Assembly (NCBI RefSeq): GCF_964355755.1
Contig: NC_092677.1
Coordinates: 16,762,101 to 16,826,100 of the forward strand
Source: Antedon mediterranea
Taxonomy: Eukaryota; Animalia; Echinodermata
DNA length: 64,000 nucleotides
Direction: 5' to 3'
A program made the position numbers and the translations under genes. Below, piece by piece: positions 12,801 to 27,566 of the stretch; the stretch's first letter is position 1, and each line of letters begins with the position of its first letter. The notes beneath the pieces were generated by a model. That model was not told the origin of the DNA. It saw nothing but the letters and a program-made list of their open reading frames with translations, and made no database searches.

Positions 12801-14809
12801 ATTTGTGTTATACCAACCAAACTGGGAGATTGAGAGATTGGAATGTTCCATTCAGTGCCAAGCAATACGTTTGTATAAACGTATATTATTAAATCGGCTT
12901 ATCTTCAAAATTATGATGCTGTACTCGAGCAGTTTAACCAATGTTCAGCTATTAAAAACAATTATCGTAGTAGAGGATAGGTAAAAGTATATCCTCGTAT
13001 TATTGTTTGCGGGTATTTTTCAGCATCGACATCCATTAAACAGTGTATACCACGATCGGAAAGCACCGCTATTTGGGGCAAATTGTGGAACCTCAATTCG
13101 TTTTAATCGTCAATAACTAATTTATCTAACTCAACTTAATTAGTAAACAGGGTTAGATTATTTGGTTTACATCTGTGCCGAACGTATGAACTAACTATAT
13201 AATTAAATCATCGAGTAAAACATTCAAGAACGCGCGATTTGCCGAATGTTGCACTTACGTAAATTTATATATAGATTTACAATTACATTCCAATTTCTCT
13301 AATTAACTACAACAGTAGTTTACACCATTATTTACTGTTTAGTTTGTTGGTCGTGGAAATGCATAACTATAATTAAATACGTAATTACATACTTGGAATT
13401 CAAAATAACGTACATTCAAATGACCATCTAAACAGCTCTTCTTCCAAATCCGGCACAATGTCCTTATTTGGACCGTCTTTCGGGCGTAAAGTTTTTAGTC
13501 TCTTCAGTACATCCGTCGATACACCATGCATGCCATTTAGGAAGAGTGATATTTCCTCCGGTCGAAGTAAACGTCTACTCATAGCAGATCGACTTTTCTG
13601 CCATCGTTCACCATACCTAGAATAAAGAACATACATGCAAATCAACTGATAATATCGATAAAAAATCAACTACTAAACGTGACAAGAATGGCTAGTAATT
13701 AGGCCAATTGCCTCAGAGTCAATCAAATCCACCTCACCTCTCATGCCATATCAGATCATCATACTCCTACATCTTAACGGGACATGTATAGCTAAGTAAA
13801 TGTTTGTGACATTATGAGACGCGCGCGATAGGAGCCACAGACGTTTGATCAAGTCCTTTTATTCACTAATTTGCCCTGTCCATGGTTTATCCAGGTATTG
13901 TAAATGAGTGATGTAATTCCCCTATTTAAGTGAACACTGTGGGGTATACCAGGAACTTTCCAGGCGTGAAATGTGCATTGTTTGTTTTTGTTACCTAAAG
14001 GTGGACAATGCGTTGGTTATATTATGATTGGAAATATTTAAAATCAGGCTTTGGACTACAAATTAAAAATGCGATAACTTTTTAAAGAAAATAAGGCCAA
14101 AGTGGGGTTACGACTTCAAGAAGAATGTTAAGCGTGGTTTTCACTAGCGACGCAACACAAGGACGTAACGCAACGCAAGTGAATTGACCAATCACAAGCG
14201 ATGGCTTATTCACTTGTGATTGCTAACTGTCTATAACTTCGCTTGTCATTGGTTAAAACGCTTGCGTTGCGTTTACGTCCTTGCGTTACGTTCTAGTGGG
14301 AACCAAGCTTTAAAGACACAAGGTGGTCTACAGTTTATACCTAAATATTACAGTACGGTATGCAATACTTACTCCAGCAATATACCAAGTGGTTTATTGT
14401 TCTCTTTTCTATATTCTATCCAAGGAATTGGTTGAAGTCTCTCGGGATATTTATCTTCAGATCTGCAGAATGTTTCTATAAGTTTAGGATCGCTTAACAC
14501 AACCATATCGAATATGAACATGCTGTTTCTGTACATTTTCCCATACTTCTTTGAGTTTTCAGTAAGCATTTTATGGCTTTTTGATACATCTCCCAACAAA
14601 ATCTGCGCTGTTGATATCATTTTGTTGACGATCAACGGCGCTCCTTGTATGCCTACACCGGGTAGGTCATCTATAGACTTAAGGTTGTTATCGTTAACAA
14701 GCGAAGTCGGCTTAGAAGGTGTTGTTGTATACGCGGCATAACGCAATGCGATCAAGTTAACAAATGACGTTGAAATGCGTCTACGGCAAGTGGCTATAAC
14801 TCTTGCCAT
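9855..14809 (-). CDS. Mitochondrial-clan cytochrome P450 (CYP24/CYP27-like) copy 2, ~532 aa; exons 14809-14373, 13616-13414, 12450-12238, 12083-11911, 11797-11631, 10907-10823, 10616-10457, 10310-10267, 9971-9855
   Basis: Nine GT-AG exons sum to 1599 nt with no internal stop seen. Arg/Ser-rich leader without a TM anchor, GERWQKSR, AAAVDT/TS, KAVMQETHRLFP, FKPERW, PFGVGVRSCIGRRLAE. Confidence 0.92.
11040..11300 (-). repeat. Dispersed ~260-bp repeat, near-identical to 40061-40337; possible retroelement 3' end
   Basis: Same sequence occurs in intron 5 of CYP copy 2 and intron 3 of CYP copy 5, which are non-homologous introns. It ends in GTGAATAAA on the minus strand. Confidence 0.8.
14131..14309. 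mobile_element. PIF/Harbinger-like MITE, 179 bp, in CYP copy 2 intron 1
   Basis: TIRs AGCGTGGTTTTCACTAG...CTAGTGGGAACCAAGCT with a perfect 3-bp TTA target-site duplication. Confidence 0.88.
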
Positions 14810-16090
14810 TGTCTCACAATTAAATCACACTTGTTGGTTGGAATTCAGGAATGTTGCTATCAAAAACACGTAAAACATATGTTTTCCTCGCCAACATAGC
14901 CTACTGGGTCGTCATTCATTCGAAAGCAAATTTATTTCTTTTCTTAATCTAATCCCTGGTTGTAACTAACGATTATGTATTATTATGGTTCTGTACGCTA
15001 CGCTAAATAACCGACCTTACGTCACAATACCAGATTGACTGTTAGGTATTACAGTTTTAAATACAGTGCATGCACAATTTTAGTACAATAAAAGAAGAAT
15101 AGATTTATTAGAATTTTGCTATGTCATAAAATCGGTACACTGCGTTGCTGACAATATTATAATTCAGCCGATTATTCTTCTGACTTTTCATCTGGTAATT
15201 TCTGCTGTGAAGTTTCTCAAAATTGTTCTGTCAGATGCTATGTTCTTTATTTTCTGTAGGTCCGTTGCAGTTTTAGCGGGAGTTTTAGTTATTTTTACTA
15301 CTGTTGTAGTTGTATCTTATAGTATATTTGTGTCTAAACCTACTTTGGAAATGATACTCAGATCTACAAAACTTGTTCTAAGTATAGTACTTTCATCGCT
15401 TTTGATATATACTTATCACCGTAATACATGGAATGTTGATATGATTTAAGTAAACATTCACGATAGAATCTTAGGCTATATCATAAACATAAGGACGAAA
15501 CCTTGACCTTATAAAGTACATTTCAAAATGTGAAAAACACATGGTTCTGAATGTTTCTTTCAACATGTTTTATAGTTGTATTATAACACATATTATTATT
15601 ATAATTATATATTATATTTTCCATACTGGAAAGTAAATTTTGCCTTTTTAACGTGATAAAAACGATAAATCGAGTTCGTTTCTTTCTCTCCTATCTCCTT
15701 TTTTCTCATTCTCAGTACATACTCTTTTTATAATAAAGAGCTAATAGTGTAAAACATCACTAAATCGTCTATTTCATATTGCTGATAATAATACATATTC
15801 TATTTTTACATTATTATATATTATGTTTCAATTCATTAGTTTTTCTGTGTTGTAAAATAACTATAACCTAAATCATCAGTAAATTCGAGTCGAGTTTTTA
15901 AAATAGGCCGCTGTTACCTACCTTTTTGACCGTGATTCTGGTCACAAGTATTATCGAATAGTGACTTAAAACTGGAGGTCAAAGAGTGGCAACCGTACGA
16001 TTGAGTAATAGGCTAAAATTAATTACTGACTGTTCATACAAATGTACATAATAATAGGAACACTTTATGATTGAATATTGATATTGATCT

Positions 16091-19000
16091 TTAGACAGCG
16101 TTATTCCTTTCGACCAGACGCAGGTTGAGTGGCTGGTCCGGAACTAAAATTGTCCTTGATACAGGTTTAATATCCTTGTCAATTTGCAACTGGAAATTTC
16201 TTATAATCTACAAAAAAAAATGCGTACATAGTAGGAGATGTATATTAATTAGGGTGGTGATACACCAAGACCTGTATATTTATTTCTCCTAAAACTATCA
16301 CAGATATGATTAGCGTATTGTATAAAGTGGAAGAAAGAGTGAAAATAGGAAAATAAGACTGAAAAGCTCTAAAGTAAGTATTTAAAGATGTATTATCCCC
16401 CAAAAACATGAACAAAAATGAAGAATAATTAAATCAGACTTTGAATATAGTATTTTGTAGTTTTAATAAAGTTAATCACATTCGTAGAAAAAAAACCCTA
16501 AAAAATAAAGTTTTCACTTATAACATTACAATATAAATGGTTAAATTCTACCAAAAATCCATTGGCTGGCAGCCAATTTGACTATTTTTTGCTTTAAATT
16601 ACAGTTTTATCAGGTAAATAATTTGTTTTGGATCTAATTTTTGGTCAAAGTGGATAAGTATTGTGACATTAAAATGGCATATTCAACAGAAAAATGTTTA
16701 ATAATTATTTTTTAGGGGGACAATACATCTTTAATATCTAAGGAACAATAAACTAACTTATCCAGTAAAATAAAAACAATTTTACCATTGGTAACAATGT
16801 GTGCATCTCTTGTTCAGCCAGCCGACGACCTACAGTATAAAAATAGAAATTGGTTCAATGAAAATCTGAACAGTGGTAATGTTGCGCATAATAACAAAAA
16901 TATAACATAGTCACTTTCGTGATATATCCTAACTTTCTATGACTAAGCTTTAATACAGAATGTAGTTAAAATGCTGGAGACGATGATGTCACATGGAGTG
17001 TGAGGATAAAGTACCAAGAATTGGGTGAAAATGTCGAAAATGGATAAATATTTTTGATAAACTTCTATGGTTTTACAGTTTTGCAGCAATTTAACTCTAA
17101 TAAAGAGCTGGTAAGACTTCGTGATATTTTCCTCCATTCTCATCGGCTCTAAATCATACCAATTTACTATTAAATCGTTTAAAAATGAATTAATTTGTTA
17201 CAATGTGTAAGCTGTGAAATATACAGCTTACCAATACAACTTCGAACACCCACACCAAATGGTAGCATCAAGAAACTGTTTAATCGTTCGCCTTTCACAC
17301 GATCAAGCCATCGTTCAGGTTTGAAGTTTAACGGATCTTCAAAGTATTCAGGATTACGAGACACAGAGTACGTGTCCAGAATAACGGATATCTGAAGAAT
17401 CAATTAATTGTTTTGAATATATTTATCAGTATCATATAAAACAAGGTTATACTGATATTGCAATCAAAACTAGTCTACAGCAGAGATTTTGACCAGCAAT
17501 CCAAGTGTGAAAGTTACGTTGTCGTTCTGTTTTGGTTTAGGTCATTTCGAGTAACCAATGCACTTACCCCAGCTGGTATCATGTATCCATTAATTTCAAT
17601 ATCTCTTTTAACATGTCTTGATACTCCTGCTACTATAGGAAATAGCCTATAAAGTATAAAAAGTCATAACAATTATGTTTCTTGTAACATTGTTATTTAA
17701 TATTACAAAGATTTTTAAATTTTAAATCAAAAACTCCCTCAGTTAGTGCGTAAAACTCTACTTATGTATATCTTTCATCTTTAAAGTTAAAGATGTATTG
17801 TCCCCAAAACATGAAAAAAAGATAAAATATAAAAAGACAAATAAACAGGTTAAACTCAACCAAAAAAGCCATTGGCTTTCAGTCAATTCGAATCTTTTTG
17901 TAAATTACAGATTTTTCAGGTAAAGATATTTTGTTAATCTAACTTCTACATAAGTAAACGTTTACAACACTGATTATAAGTTGTACTGTTTCTATCCTTC
18001 ATATGTACTAAAATAACTTATTCATATGTACGAAAAATCACAATAATGTTTTTTCACATTTGTTAACTTAAGGAAAAAGATATTTAGGCGTACTTGTTAC
18101 ATTGCTCTGTTAATAGGGTTTTCATATTATTGGTAGAAAAAAATTAGGTATTTGAAGTTTATGTGTATGGCTAGAAGCATGATTACTTATACAAAAGAAC
18201 AGGACTACCTATCTATTGTACCCTAAACGGCATATTGCTTTAAAAAATGTTATCTGAAATACATTGGAGGAAAAGACAACTACATTATTAACCTCTGTGT
18301 TTCCTGCATGACAGCTTTTAGATAGCTCATCTGGTTGTAGTGATCTTTTGTTGGTGTGATGCCTTCTGGGATAACTCGTGTCACTTCTTCGTATAAACGT
18401 TCCTGGCATTGTGGATTCTTTGCAAGGCAGTACAGAATCCATAAAGTGGAGTTGGAAGTCTGTAATTAAACATGCGTCTTCATGTAACCGTTACTTACAT
18501 TTCGAGACGCCATAAAAGAAAAGTTTAATCTGCGTACGTTTAGAATTTTACGCTTACAGTAACTCACCGTGTCTACTGCTGCCGCTAGCAGTTCTGTCAT
18601 ATTTCCGTAGATTTCTTCGTCACTCAGTTTATCCTGTGCAACAAGGTAAGCAAGAAAACTTCCATCGTCAACTTGTTCTTTGTCACTTTTAGCAACCTTC
18701 TCGGCTAGATCGTTTAATTTCATATCGATTAGGTCACGTGCTTTAAAAAATAATAAATTGCATTTCACTCTGCTTATATTTTTCAGTCAAAATAAGGTTT
18801 CAGTAGAGATAGGTGGCCTATTGGTTAGCTTGATATACAATACTTACACACTCTGAAGAGTAAATCCCAGGATTGTTTATGTAGTGTATACATTTTAGTT
18901 TTCAACGCTTTTTGAATATGATAAGGTTTAAACAGAAGATCAGCAGATGCAGTCAATACATTTTGAAAAGCGTACACAAACTCGTCAATGTCCTCATGAA

Positions 19001-20432
19001 TCTTTGGTGAATTCTTATCCAAAATACCAAGACGTTTGTCAAAGAAAACTGTACAAGCAGCTAAAAATAATATACCGAATAATGAATAAACAATGCAGAA
19101 AATTAAAATAAAGAGGTAATTAGTCCTAATATTACATAAGTAAATTGCTTAAAATATTACTTTTATTATTTTGAAAGCATGGACAAAGTGTCAAGCTATT
19201 TTAAAATAATTTGTTGACTCTTAATCCTAGTATTTGCCACATACTTTTAGTTAATTCAATCTAGTTAAAAAGTTTACATGACGAAAAAAACACTTATAAA
19301 GTAGGTTTGTTGTTTTTAAAAATATATATTCTACAATCACTTTCGTCCGTGTTATTGATATTTTGGTGTTGTCAGGGAAAGATCAAGGATAGCCAAATAC
19401 AATGATTTAGAAAATAAGAATAATACCCGTGGATCCGATATAGTTGGCATGCATTGGTGAGGACTAAAAGTTAAATGTGACCGATTTATTTAACGTACAT
19501 TCAAATGACCACCTAAACAGCTCTTCTTCCAGATCCATTACAATGTCCTTATTCGGACCTTCTTTCGTGCGTAAAGTGTTTAGCCTCTTCAGTACATCCG
19601 TTGATACACCATGCATTGGATTTAGAAAGAGAGATATTTCCTGCGGTCGAAGTAGACGTCTACTCATAGTAGAGCGACTTTTGTGCCATCGTTCACCATC
19701 CCTTAAACAAATTACACATGTTTTAATAATAATTATTTAGGCCGGGGTCATTGTATGTCGGATATATTGTTTGTTTACCGTATTATCACGTTATGCAAAC
19801 ATGGTTAACAACATTACATAATATATCCTTCTGATATGATAAAAGCTCTAAAAACGACGTTGAGGTGATTTGACTATTTTTGTTAATGTGTGAATATATT
19901 AGTCATAGAATCGAAACTCGACACACTAATTCAAAAAATATCTATCTCAAGTTCTACATTGTGCTTGCACAGTATACCATTATTATGGTATATATTAAAA
20001 TACTTACTCCAGCAATATACCAAGTGGTTTGTTGTTTTCTTTTCTATATTCTATCCAAGGAACGAATGGAAGTCTCTCGGGATATTTATCTTCAGATCTA
20101 CAAAACTTTTCTATAAATTTGGGATCGCTTAACACGACCATGTCGAATACAAAAGTGCTGTTTCTGTACATCTTCCCGTACTTCTTGACATTTTCAACAT
20201 TCATTTCATGGGCTTTCGAAATATCTCCCCGTAATACCTGCGCTGTTGCTATGATTTTGTTGACGATCAAAGGCGCTCCTCGTATGCCTACTCCGGGTAG
20301 GTCATTTATTGACTTAAGGTTATCGTCAACCTGAAGAGTTGGCTTAGACGCTGTAGACGCGGCATATCGAAAAGTGTACTTAAATACTGGATTCGAAATG
20401 CTTCTACGAAAGCTGCCTAAAATTGCTGCCAT
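16091..20432 (-). CDS. Mitochondrial-clan cytochrome P450 copy 3, ~526 aa; exons 20432-20008, 19701-19499, 19060-18848, 18740-18568, 18459-18293, 17646-17568, 17391-17232, 16829-16786, 16207-16091
   Basis: Nine GT-AG exons, 1581 nt, open frame, all P450 motifs intact. Start placed at MAAILGSFRR by alignment with the paralogs. Confidence 0.92.
16386..16730. mobile_element. Kolobok-like MITE with TTAA target duplication; truncated relatives start near 17790 and 22712
   Basis: TTAA|AGATGTATTATCCCC ... GGGGACAATACATCT|TTAA: 15-bp TIR with one mismatch, AG...CT termini, TTAA on both sides. Confidence 0.8.
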
Positions 20433-20506
20433 TGTAAATCGTACTAGAACTACTGTATAATGCATTATGCAGGTGACAAAACACACAATATATATTTAGT
20501 CATAAT

Positions 20507-20545
20507 GTCAACAATGCGAAGGAATATCTAAAAGTTTAAAGTTCA
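20507..20545 (+). promoter_or_regulatory. Fox-like GTCAACA (20507-20513) plus DR1-like AGTTTA-A-AGTTCA (20533-20545) upstream of CYP copy 3
   Basis: Motif pair is conserved in order and position upstream of copies 3, 4, 5 and 6. Confidence 0.5.
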
Positions 20546-21497
20546 GTGAATACATTGTAAACAATGCATGTTTATCTAATAAAATCCATCATATATAACT
20601 ACTGTATATGAAACATGGTTCGTCACAAGTTGGTAAACATTGTACATGCTTGTATTATGAAAAACACTTAAACATGTTGTTGTTGCGGTAAGGATCAGAA
20701 TTAAAAGTACATCTACAGTACCATCCAGAAAACATGTACCATATCCAAGGCTCTTACTTTTAACCTCTAGAAACAAGTTTATAAATGATTCATTATTACA
20801 AAATAATAATTATGAGTTTTGATTACATTTTTTTAATTTTTTTTTTACATTAATTAAATTGTGTACACCAGTTTATTTGCGAATTTTCAGAAAAAGCAGT
20901 TCTAGATAGGTAGAAGAGAAATAGGAATATTGTTTTGTATTATGTCATTCATTCTCTTTTCAATCACAATGCAGAGAAATTAAATACTATAAGGAGAATA
21001 AAACAAAGGTAAAAAAAATGTAAAACAATTTAGAAAAAAATCGGGACAATTTTTGTATAGGTAATTATACTTATCATATTGGAGAGTTAAATTTCTTTAA
21101 CCTGTTGGATGGTGAATTAGGAATGTAAACACATCCATACAAATCGACTTGATATATCGTTGATTCGCGAGTTCTTTAAATTTTTTGTTCTTCCTGTTCT
21201 CTTCTTTTTCTCGTTCTCAGTACATAATTTCTGTATAATGAACATCTTTGTATAATCGATCTGTGTTTTCTATGACTCATATACTATAGATATTCCTTTG
21301 TTACATTTTTATACACATTATTGTTTCAATTAATTGATGATGCCATAATCTTCTTCGATCGTGTGGTGATGGTGGTATAACTCTAAGTCTTATCGGATAG
21401 TGACTGGAGGTCCAGTGTATACTATAGCATTAAAAATGACAATCGTACAATTGATTAATAGGAGTATATTAATTACTGACATTGCTTTTTACACTTG

Positions 21498-24400
21498 TTA
21501 CTTTCTCTCTACCAGACGCAGATCAAGTGGCTGGTCAGGAACCAAAATTGACCGTGACACCGGTTCAATATTCTTGTCAATTTTTAAACGGAAGTTTCGT
21601 ATAATCTAAAAAAAGTGACAATCATCATTAGTGGTGAAACGTTTCGCAGAGAGAAATGAACTACCCTAAAGGTATTATTTTATGTTTTTGCAATAAATAA
21701 AAGAAATTGGAAGTAACAAAAACACAAATTCAATTCTAGAAAATGATAAGGTTTACCATTGGTAATAATGTGTGCATTTCTTGCTCAGCCAGTCGACGGC
21801 CTAAAATACAAAAATAATTATTATTGAATGAAACGATAGGCTATATAACCATAACTTTTACAATAGAGACATCAAATACGAGAGGTAAACATTTAAATCA
21901 TTATGGTGATAACATGGATACATTTGTTAGCCTTTCTTTTTCATAAACAACCTGTAGCGCCATTAAAAAACATTTATTTTATGAAATTCGATATGCTTCA
22001 CTGATTCAATATCCAATAAGTATAATCATCTAAGTGGTGGTACACTTCAACAATAAATTTAAGTTTCGTGTTTATGGTGTTGAAAATTAGACACATATAT
22101 AGTACTTACCAATACAACTTCGAACACCAACACCAAATGGTAGCATCAAGAAACTGTTTAATCGTTCGCCTTTCACGCGATCAAGCCATCGTTCAGGTTT
22201 GAAGCTCAACGGATCATCAAAGTATTCTTCATTATGACTTATCGAGTACGTATCGAGAAAAACGGTTTTCTAAAATATATTATTAAGATGGAAGATCATT
22301 TTAAATTATTTAGTAATCAGGTCATACAGGTCACCCTCCACTTGAAGTTTACTTTTGGGACCCATGTTTGAATGGTCTATTGCTAGGGTTGGTCTCTAAT
22401 TAGAATACTTTTAACAACTAGAGGGTGAGCTCGCTTCGCTCTAGGAAGTGTAGACGATGGTTCTCGGAATGATAATGACTCGGGTAAAAAGGTTTTAGGA
22501 GGAAGTTCTCCTTGTATGTTTTCTGACGGTTACCATTATTGATAATGCTTGACATTCGTAAAACTAAACCTACTCTCTTTCACAGTATCTTAGATGATTA
22601 ATTAAATTTTAAAGTATAGTGTTTATTGTTTGGTAGGGTCATTATAGGGCGGAGGTGGGGAGGCGGAGTTCATTTGAGGGAGGTGCTTATTCAAGGTACA
22701 GTATATGTTTAAAGATGTATTGTTCATTGAAACACAACAAATGAAAAAAAAATATTCTAAATTTAAATTGGCCATATCAAAGTAATATTAAAGTTATTCA
22801 AAAAAAAATCGAGCCTAAAAAAACAAGTTTACGTAATTAACAGGTACATTAATTTGATTACATTTCGTCTGAAAAATCGTCACGAGCGAAAGTAAACAAA
22901 GATGTCAAACCACGAGTATGCATTATGCATGATGCTAATTAGAATTGTTTACAACTCGTCGCGGTTGAGATGGTGTTTTTACACAGACCGCGAGGAAGTT
23001 TTATGATTATGCATACAGAGTAGCCAAACAAGCGCGTTGCATTATGAGATATGCTTTGATCGAAAACTTTGACTGGAATTCAAAGTTATTTTTTGAAGAA
23101 AAAAAAGTCCGTATTTCGATTAAATTATTTTTTTTCAACTAACTAGTATAACTGTGTTTTTATAAATATAATACAATATTGTGTGTATAAATGTGGATGG
23201 GCATTTATTTGATAATTTGGGGGTTTGTGGGTGGGGTTGAGGAGATTATTATTCAAAGTTATTTATTTATTGGGGAGGCGTTTATTGAAGTAAAAACCAT
23301 CCTAATAATTAATACATTATTTAATTTAACCATCTTTTGAAACTAACTTCCGCAACAGAGTGGGCCGTTTCGGCCCAAGAAGGAAAACGTTAAAGGCGGC
23401 TTGCAACCTGGGAAGACATCTATGTCCTAACGGGACACAGATAGCCTACAATTATTCCTGCCAGCTTACTCAATAAAACTCGGCTATCGGGATTTCACTG
23501 GACTTTAAACAAAATGTCTTATCATCAGATCTCCCCATGTAAATTTATAATACTATTTCCAAATAGACCAATATATTCCGATGCTTTATGACGTATATTT
23601 TTAATTTGATTTTTATTAATTTGCAGTAAAATTTTTATTTTTAACTACTGTGCGATCCGAAAATAAACAAAAAACTAAAATGGATATAGCCACTAACGGT
23701 TAAGTTAATTAAAACCAGGTAGTTGCAAGGTAAACCCGTGAACTCATTGTGAACCCGGAAATTACTTTGACCGCGTACAATTGAAATAGAGTTGAAAATC
23801 TACCGACATTTTGTGTTAAAACTCTTTATAATATTTTTCTAAGATAGAAATATGGAACAATATCGTAATAGTGAAAATTAATGTTATTACATTTTCGCGG
23901 AACATCTGAGATATATAAGGTAGGTATCAAAGGCAGAGATTTGTCCCGAAGTTTTTCCATTGTGCTCGCCTATGTCCGAATTAACAATAATTTATATATA
24001 GATGACCGGATAGAAAAGTTGCTTTTAAATTAGCTTTTTTTAGAGAAAATGTTAAAATGTTATTTTGCTCGCCGAAGGATGAGGGTAAATCTAATCATGT
24101 TGGGTTATCTGTCCTTCTATCCATTTAGTTTGTATTTAAAAAAGCCTTCTTTATTTATCTATCAATTTTGTATGGGCTCAATGTCATATTGATCGGACAT
24201 TGAGCATTAAGGAAGAACAAAGCGTGGGAGTGATGGTTTCGAGTTGGACATTGTTGAAACTTGTTGAAAAGAGCTGTTTTGGTAACTATTTTCATTAAAC
24301 AGAAAATTATGTTGTAATATTATAGTTGAGCCAAAATACAAATTCTGACCGTCAAATAATGTTAGGTGGTCAATTGACCTCTATGACACTTCGAACCGAT

Positions 24401-27400
24401 GTTGTGTGTCAGGTCTTTATTGTCCTTTGATACAAGTAGGTTTCTAAACCGCCAGTGGTAAATCTGAATACTTACACCTGCTGGTATATTGTATCTATTA
24501 ATTGCAATATCTTTGGTAACATTTCTTGATACCGCTGCTACTATTGGATATAGTCTGCCAAATACAAATCAAATATTTTTAACGAGACGTATTATTATTA
24601 GTGCAAAGATCAAATAAATACAATTATATAAAACTCAGTGATAGCATGGTCGAGAGCTTAGTTACTTGTAAAATGACCATTCAGACAAAATACACCACAC
24701 TCCCACTCCAAACACACATTACTGGACAGAGCAGTAGCCTAGCTTGTAACTTTCAAAACGCATGAATGCAACGCTAAATTGTTACATTAATTTGAAAGAA
24801 AGAAGATAATAAGAGAAGCAGAACAAAATAACCTCTGTGTTTCCTGCATGACAGCCTTTAGATAGCTCATTTGATTGTAGTGTTCTTTTGTTGGCGTAAT
24901 GCCTTCTGGAATAACTCGTGTAACTTCCTCGTATAAACGTTCCTGACAATCGGGATTCTTTGCAAGGCAGTATAGAGTCCATAAAGTAGAGTTTGAAGTC
25001 TGTCATTAAAATAATTTATTTATGAATAGAAAAAAAAATCGACGCAGCCGACGCAAAGTAAGAAAAATACTCTTCAACCAATTTCGCATACCCCTCTTAA
25101 ATCCTCACTTTTGCTGCAAAACAGAAAACGGTATTCGGTTCCCACTTGTCACACAACGTTGGTTATGATCTTTCGGCACTTGAAAAGATACATTACGTCT
25201 TTACGTTGCTTTCAAGTGAGAATCAAGCTTTATAATAATAAATCCCTCTAAATAGAACAATACAATGTCTAAGATTGTTATGTGATTACTCTGGTTCTTA
25301 TTATATATATATTATATCACTCACCGTGTCTACTGCCGCTGCTAGCAGTTCTGTCATACTTCCGTAGATTTCTTCATCACTCATTTTGTCCTGTGCGACG
25401 AGGTAGGCCAGAAAACTTCCATCGTCAATTTCATCTTTGTCACTTTTAGAAGCTTTCTCTTCCAGCTCATTTAATTTCATATCAATTAGGTCACGTGCTT
25501 TAAAAAATAATCAACATCACGACACTGGTTAGGCCTTATAACATAGGAATAAAATAATAAAACAATGGCAATTGCTTACTTACACACTCTGAAGAGCAAA
25601 TCCCAGGATTCGTTATGTAGTTTGTAAGATTTAGTTTTCAACATCTTCTGAATAGAATATGGCTTAAACATGATATCGGCAGTTGTCGCCAATACGTTTT
25701 GAAAAGCGTACACAAACTCGTCGATTTCTTCGTGAATCTTCGGTAAGCTTCTGTCCAAAATTCCAAGCCGTTTGTCGAAGAAAACTGTACACGCAGCTGA
25801 AAATAATAACAATGGTACCAGGTTTATGTCAAATGACAGACAATGTAAATAATAATTATTGATCAAACTTTTCATCGCTTAATATTTGTAAAGTTTGAAC
25901 TATTGTTATGTTACAGCGCTGAAAAGCATAACTTACTGAGGTAAACTACTACATACTGTACAAATAGCTGAAAATAAGTAGTGGTACCTAGTAAGATTAA
26001 GTCAAAAACAATTATCATTAGTTCTTCTTTTCAGTGCGTCACTGTTGTGACGATTGATTTATGCTATGGATTGATTGGTTACAGCATTGAAAGTAATAAT
26101 ATTTTTAATAAAAACTTGTATTTGATCAAAAATATTTGTTAAAAATAAAATTTACTGATAATATTATGTTTCAGACGTTTAGTTATCTATCCAGAGAAGA
26201 ATTTACTCTTTCTTGGTTCTGAGGCTTGTTCTCCTTGGGTATTTATAAATAGTTCTACATACATACATTTTGATAGAAACTAGTATTTGAAAGATATATT
26301 TCATCGTAACGTACATTCAAATGACCATCTAAACAGCTCTTCCTCCAAATCCGGTACGATGTCCTTATTTAGTCCATTTTTCGGGCGTAAAGATTTTAGT
26401 CTCTCTAGTGTATCAGCCGATACACCGTGCATAGGATTTATAAAGAGAGAGATTTCTTTAGGTCGAAGTAAACGTCTACTCATGGCAGAGCGAATCTTAT
26501 GCCACTTCTCACCATCTCTAAATGGAAGAATACATTGTTATAAGTTAATGTATTCACATTCACGTTAAATAAACAAACATATTATCAATATTGAATTTGT
26601 GATAAACTAACAGTGTTTGCTTTAACGTTACGCTTGCTGACAGCAAAGCGTCATGATTTAAGATGTTAGATTTAATATTACTTACAAACGATATTAAAAG
26701 GGTAGGTTAGTGTTGTCATGTTTGTGTAAATCTTTCCATTGAAAAAAGAAAATCAATTAAAACATTATAATTATATATAGATTTATAATTGTCTCCATAA
26801 CTACCAAATAAAAAAAGATGAAAAAGGAAATGAATTTTACAAATGTATACGTTTATTGAAAAGCTAGACCTACTACGCTAACAACATTTGGCTGTTCTTC
26901 TAAGAAATTGAATTCATTAATAACATAAATTACAACATCTGAATTTATGTATAACTTAATTAGAATCTACTTACTCCAGCAATACACCGAGTGGTTTATT
27001 GTTTTCTTTTCTATATTCTATCCAAGAAATTAGTTGAAATCTTTCGGGATATTTATCTTCAGATCTGCAGAATGTTTCTATAAGTTTGGGATCGCTTAAC
27101 ACAACCATATCGATTACGAAAGTGCTGTTTCTGTACATCTTCCCGTACTTCTTGGCGTTTTCCATATTCATTTCATGTGCTTTCGACATATCTTGCCGTA
27201 ATGCCTTCGCTGTTGATATGATTTTGTTGACGAATAAAGGCGCTCCTCGTATGCCTAATCCGGGTAGGTCATTAATAGACTTCAGCTTAGTGTCGCTAAT
27301 CTGAAGAGTCGGCTTAGAAGCTGCTGCAGTAGACGCAGCATATCGTAATGTCGTGTACTTCAATAAGGATATTGACATGCGGTTTCGGAAGCTGCCACTA

Positions 27401-27414
27401 ATTATTCCTGCCAT
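21498..27414 (-). CDS. Mitochondrial-clan cytochrome P450 copy 4, ~528 aa; exons 27414-26975, 26517-26315, 25796-25584, 25497-25325, 24999-24833, 24554-24476, 22269-22110, 21800-21757, 21605-21498
   Basis: Nine GT-AG exons, 1587 nt, open frame, motifs intact. Start placed at MAGIISGSFR by paralog alignment. Confidence 0.92.
22415..24010. mobile_element. Dispersed ~1.3-1.6 kb element, possibly Helitron/Helentron-like, copy A (CYP copy 4 intron 6); carries a Kolobok-like insert near 22710-23140
   Basis: Colinear high similarity to 37072-38305, which lies in a non-homologous intron. Left end reads CTAGAGCGAAGCGAGCTCACCCTCTAGTT on the minus strand (hairpin plus CTAG terminus). The class assignment is inference. 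Confidence 0.65.
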
Positions 27415-27499
27415 TGTTTCAAAATTGTATTCGCACTTGTTGCCTGGAGTTTGAAATGTAAATGTTTTGATAAAAGAACACAGGCTATGTTTCCATAAT

Positions 27500-27566
27500 G
27501 TAAACAAAACCAAAGAATACAATAGCATTGTTTGATATAAGCCAAAATCCAAAAGTTCAAAGTTCA
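27500..27566 (+). promoter_or_regulatory. Fox site GTAAACA (27500-27506) plus perfect DR1 AGTTCA-A-AGTTCA (27554-27566) upstream of CYP copy 4
   Basis: Exact direct repeat of the nuclear-receptor half-site AGTTCA with a 1-nt spacer, 140 bp upstream of the ATG; conserved in paralogs. Confidence 0.55.

Noticed and set aside
15190-15430. Possible RTE-like LINE C-terminal relic upstream of copy 2
   Set aside because: Only a weak resemblance (DLQKIKNIASDR), too degraded to support a call.
18209-18442. Alternative-frame ORF over exon 5 recurring in four copies (MDSVLPCKES...; also 11481, 24782, 46269)
   Set aside because: Similarity is confined to the CYP exon and ends at the splice sites, so it is a by-product of the real reading frame.
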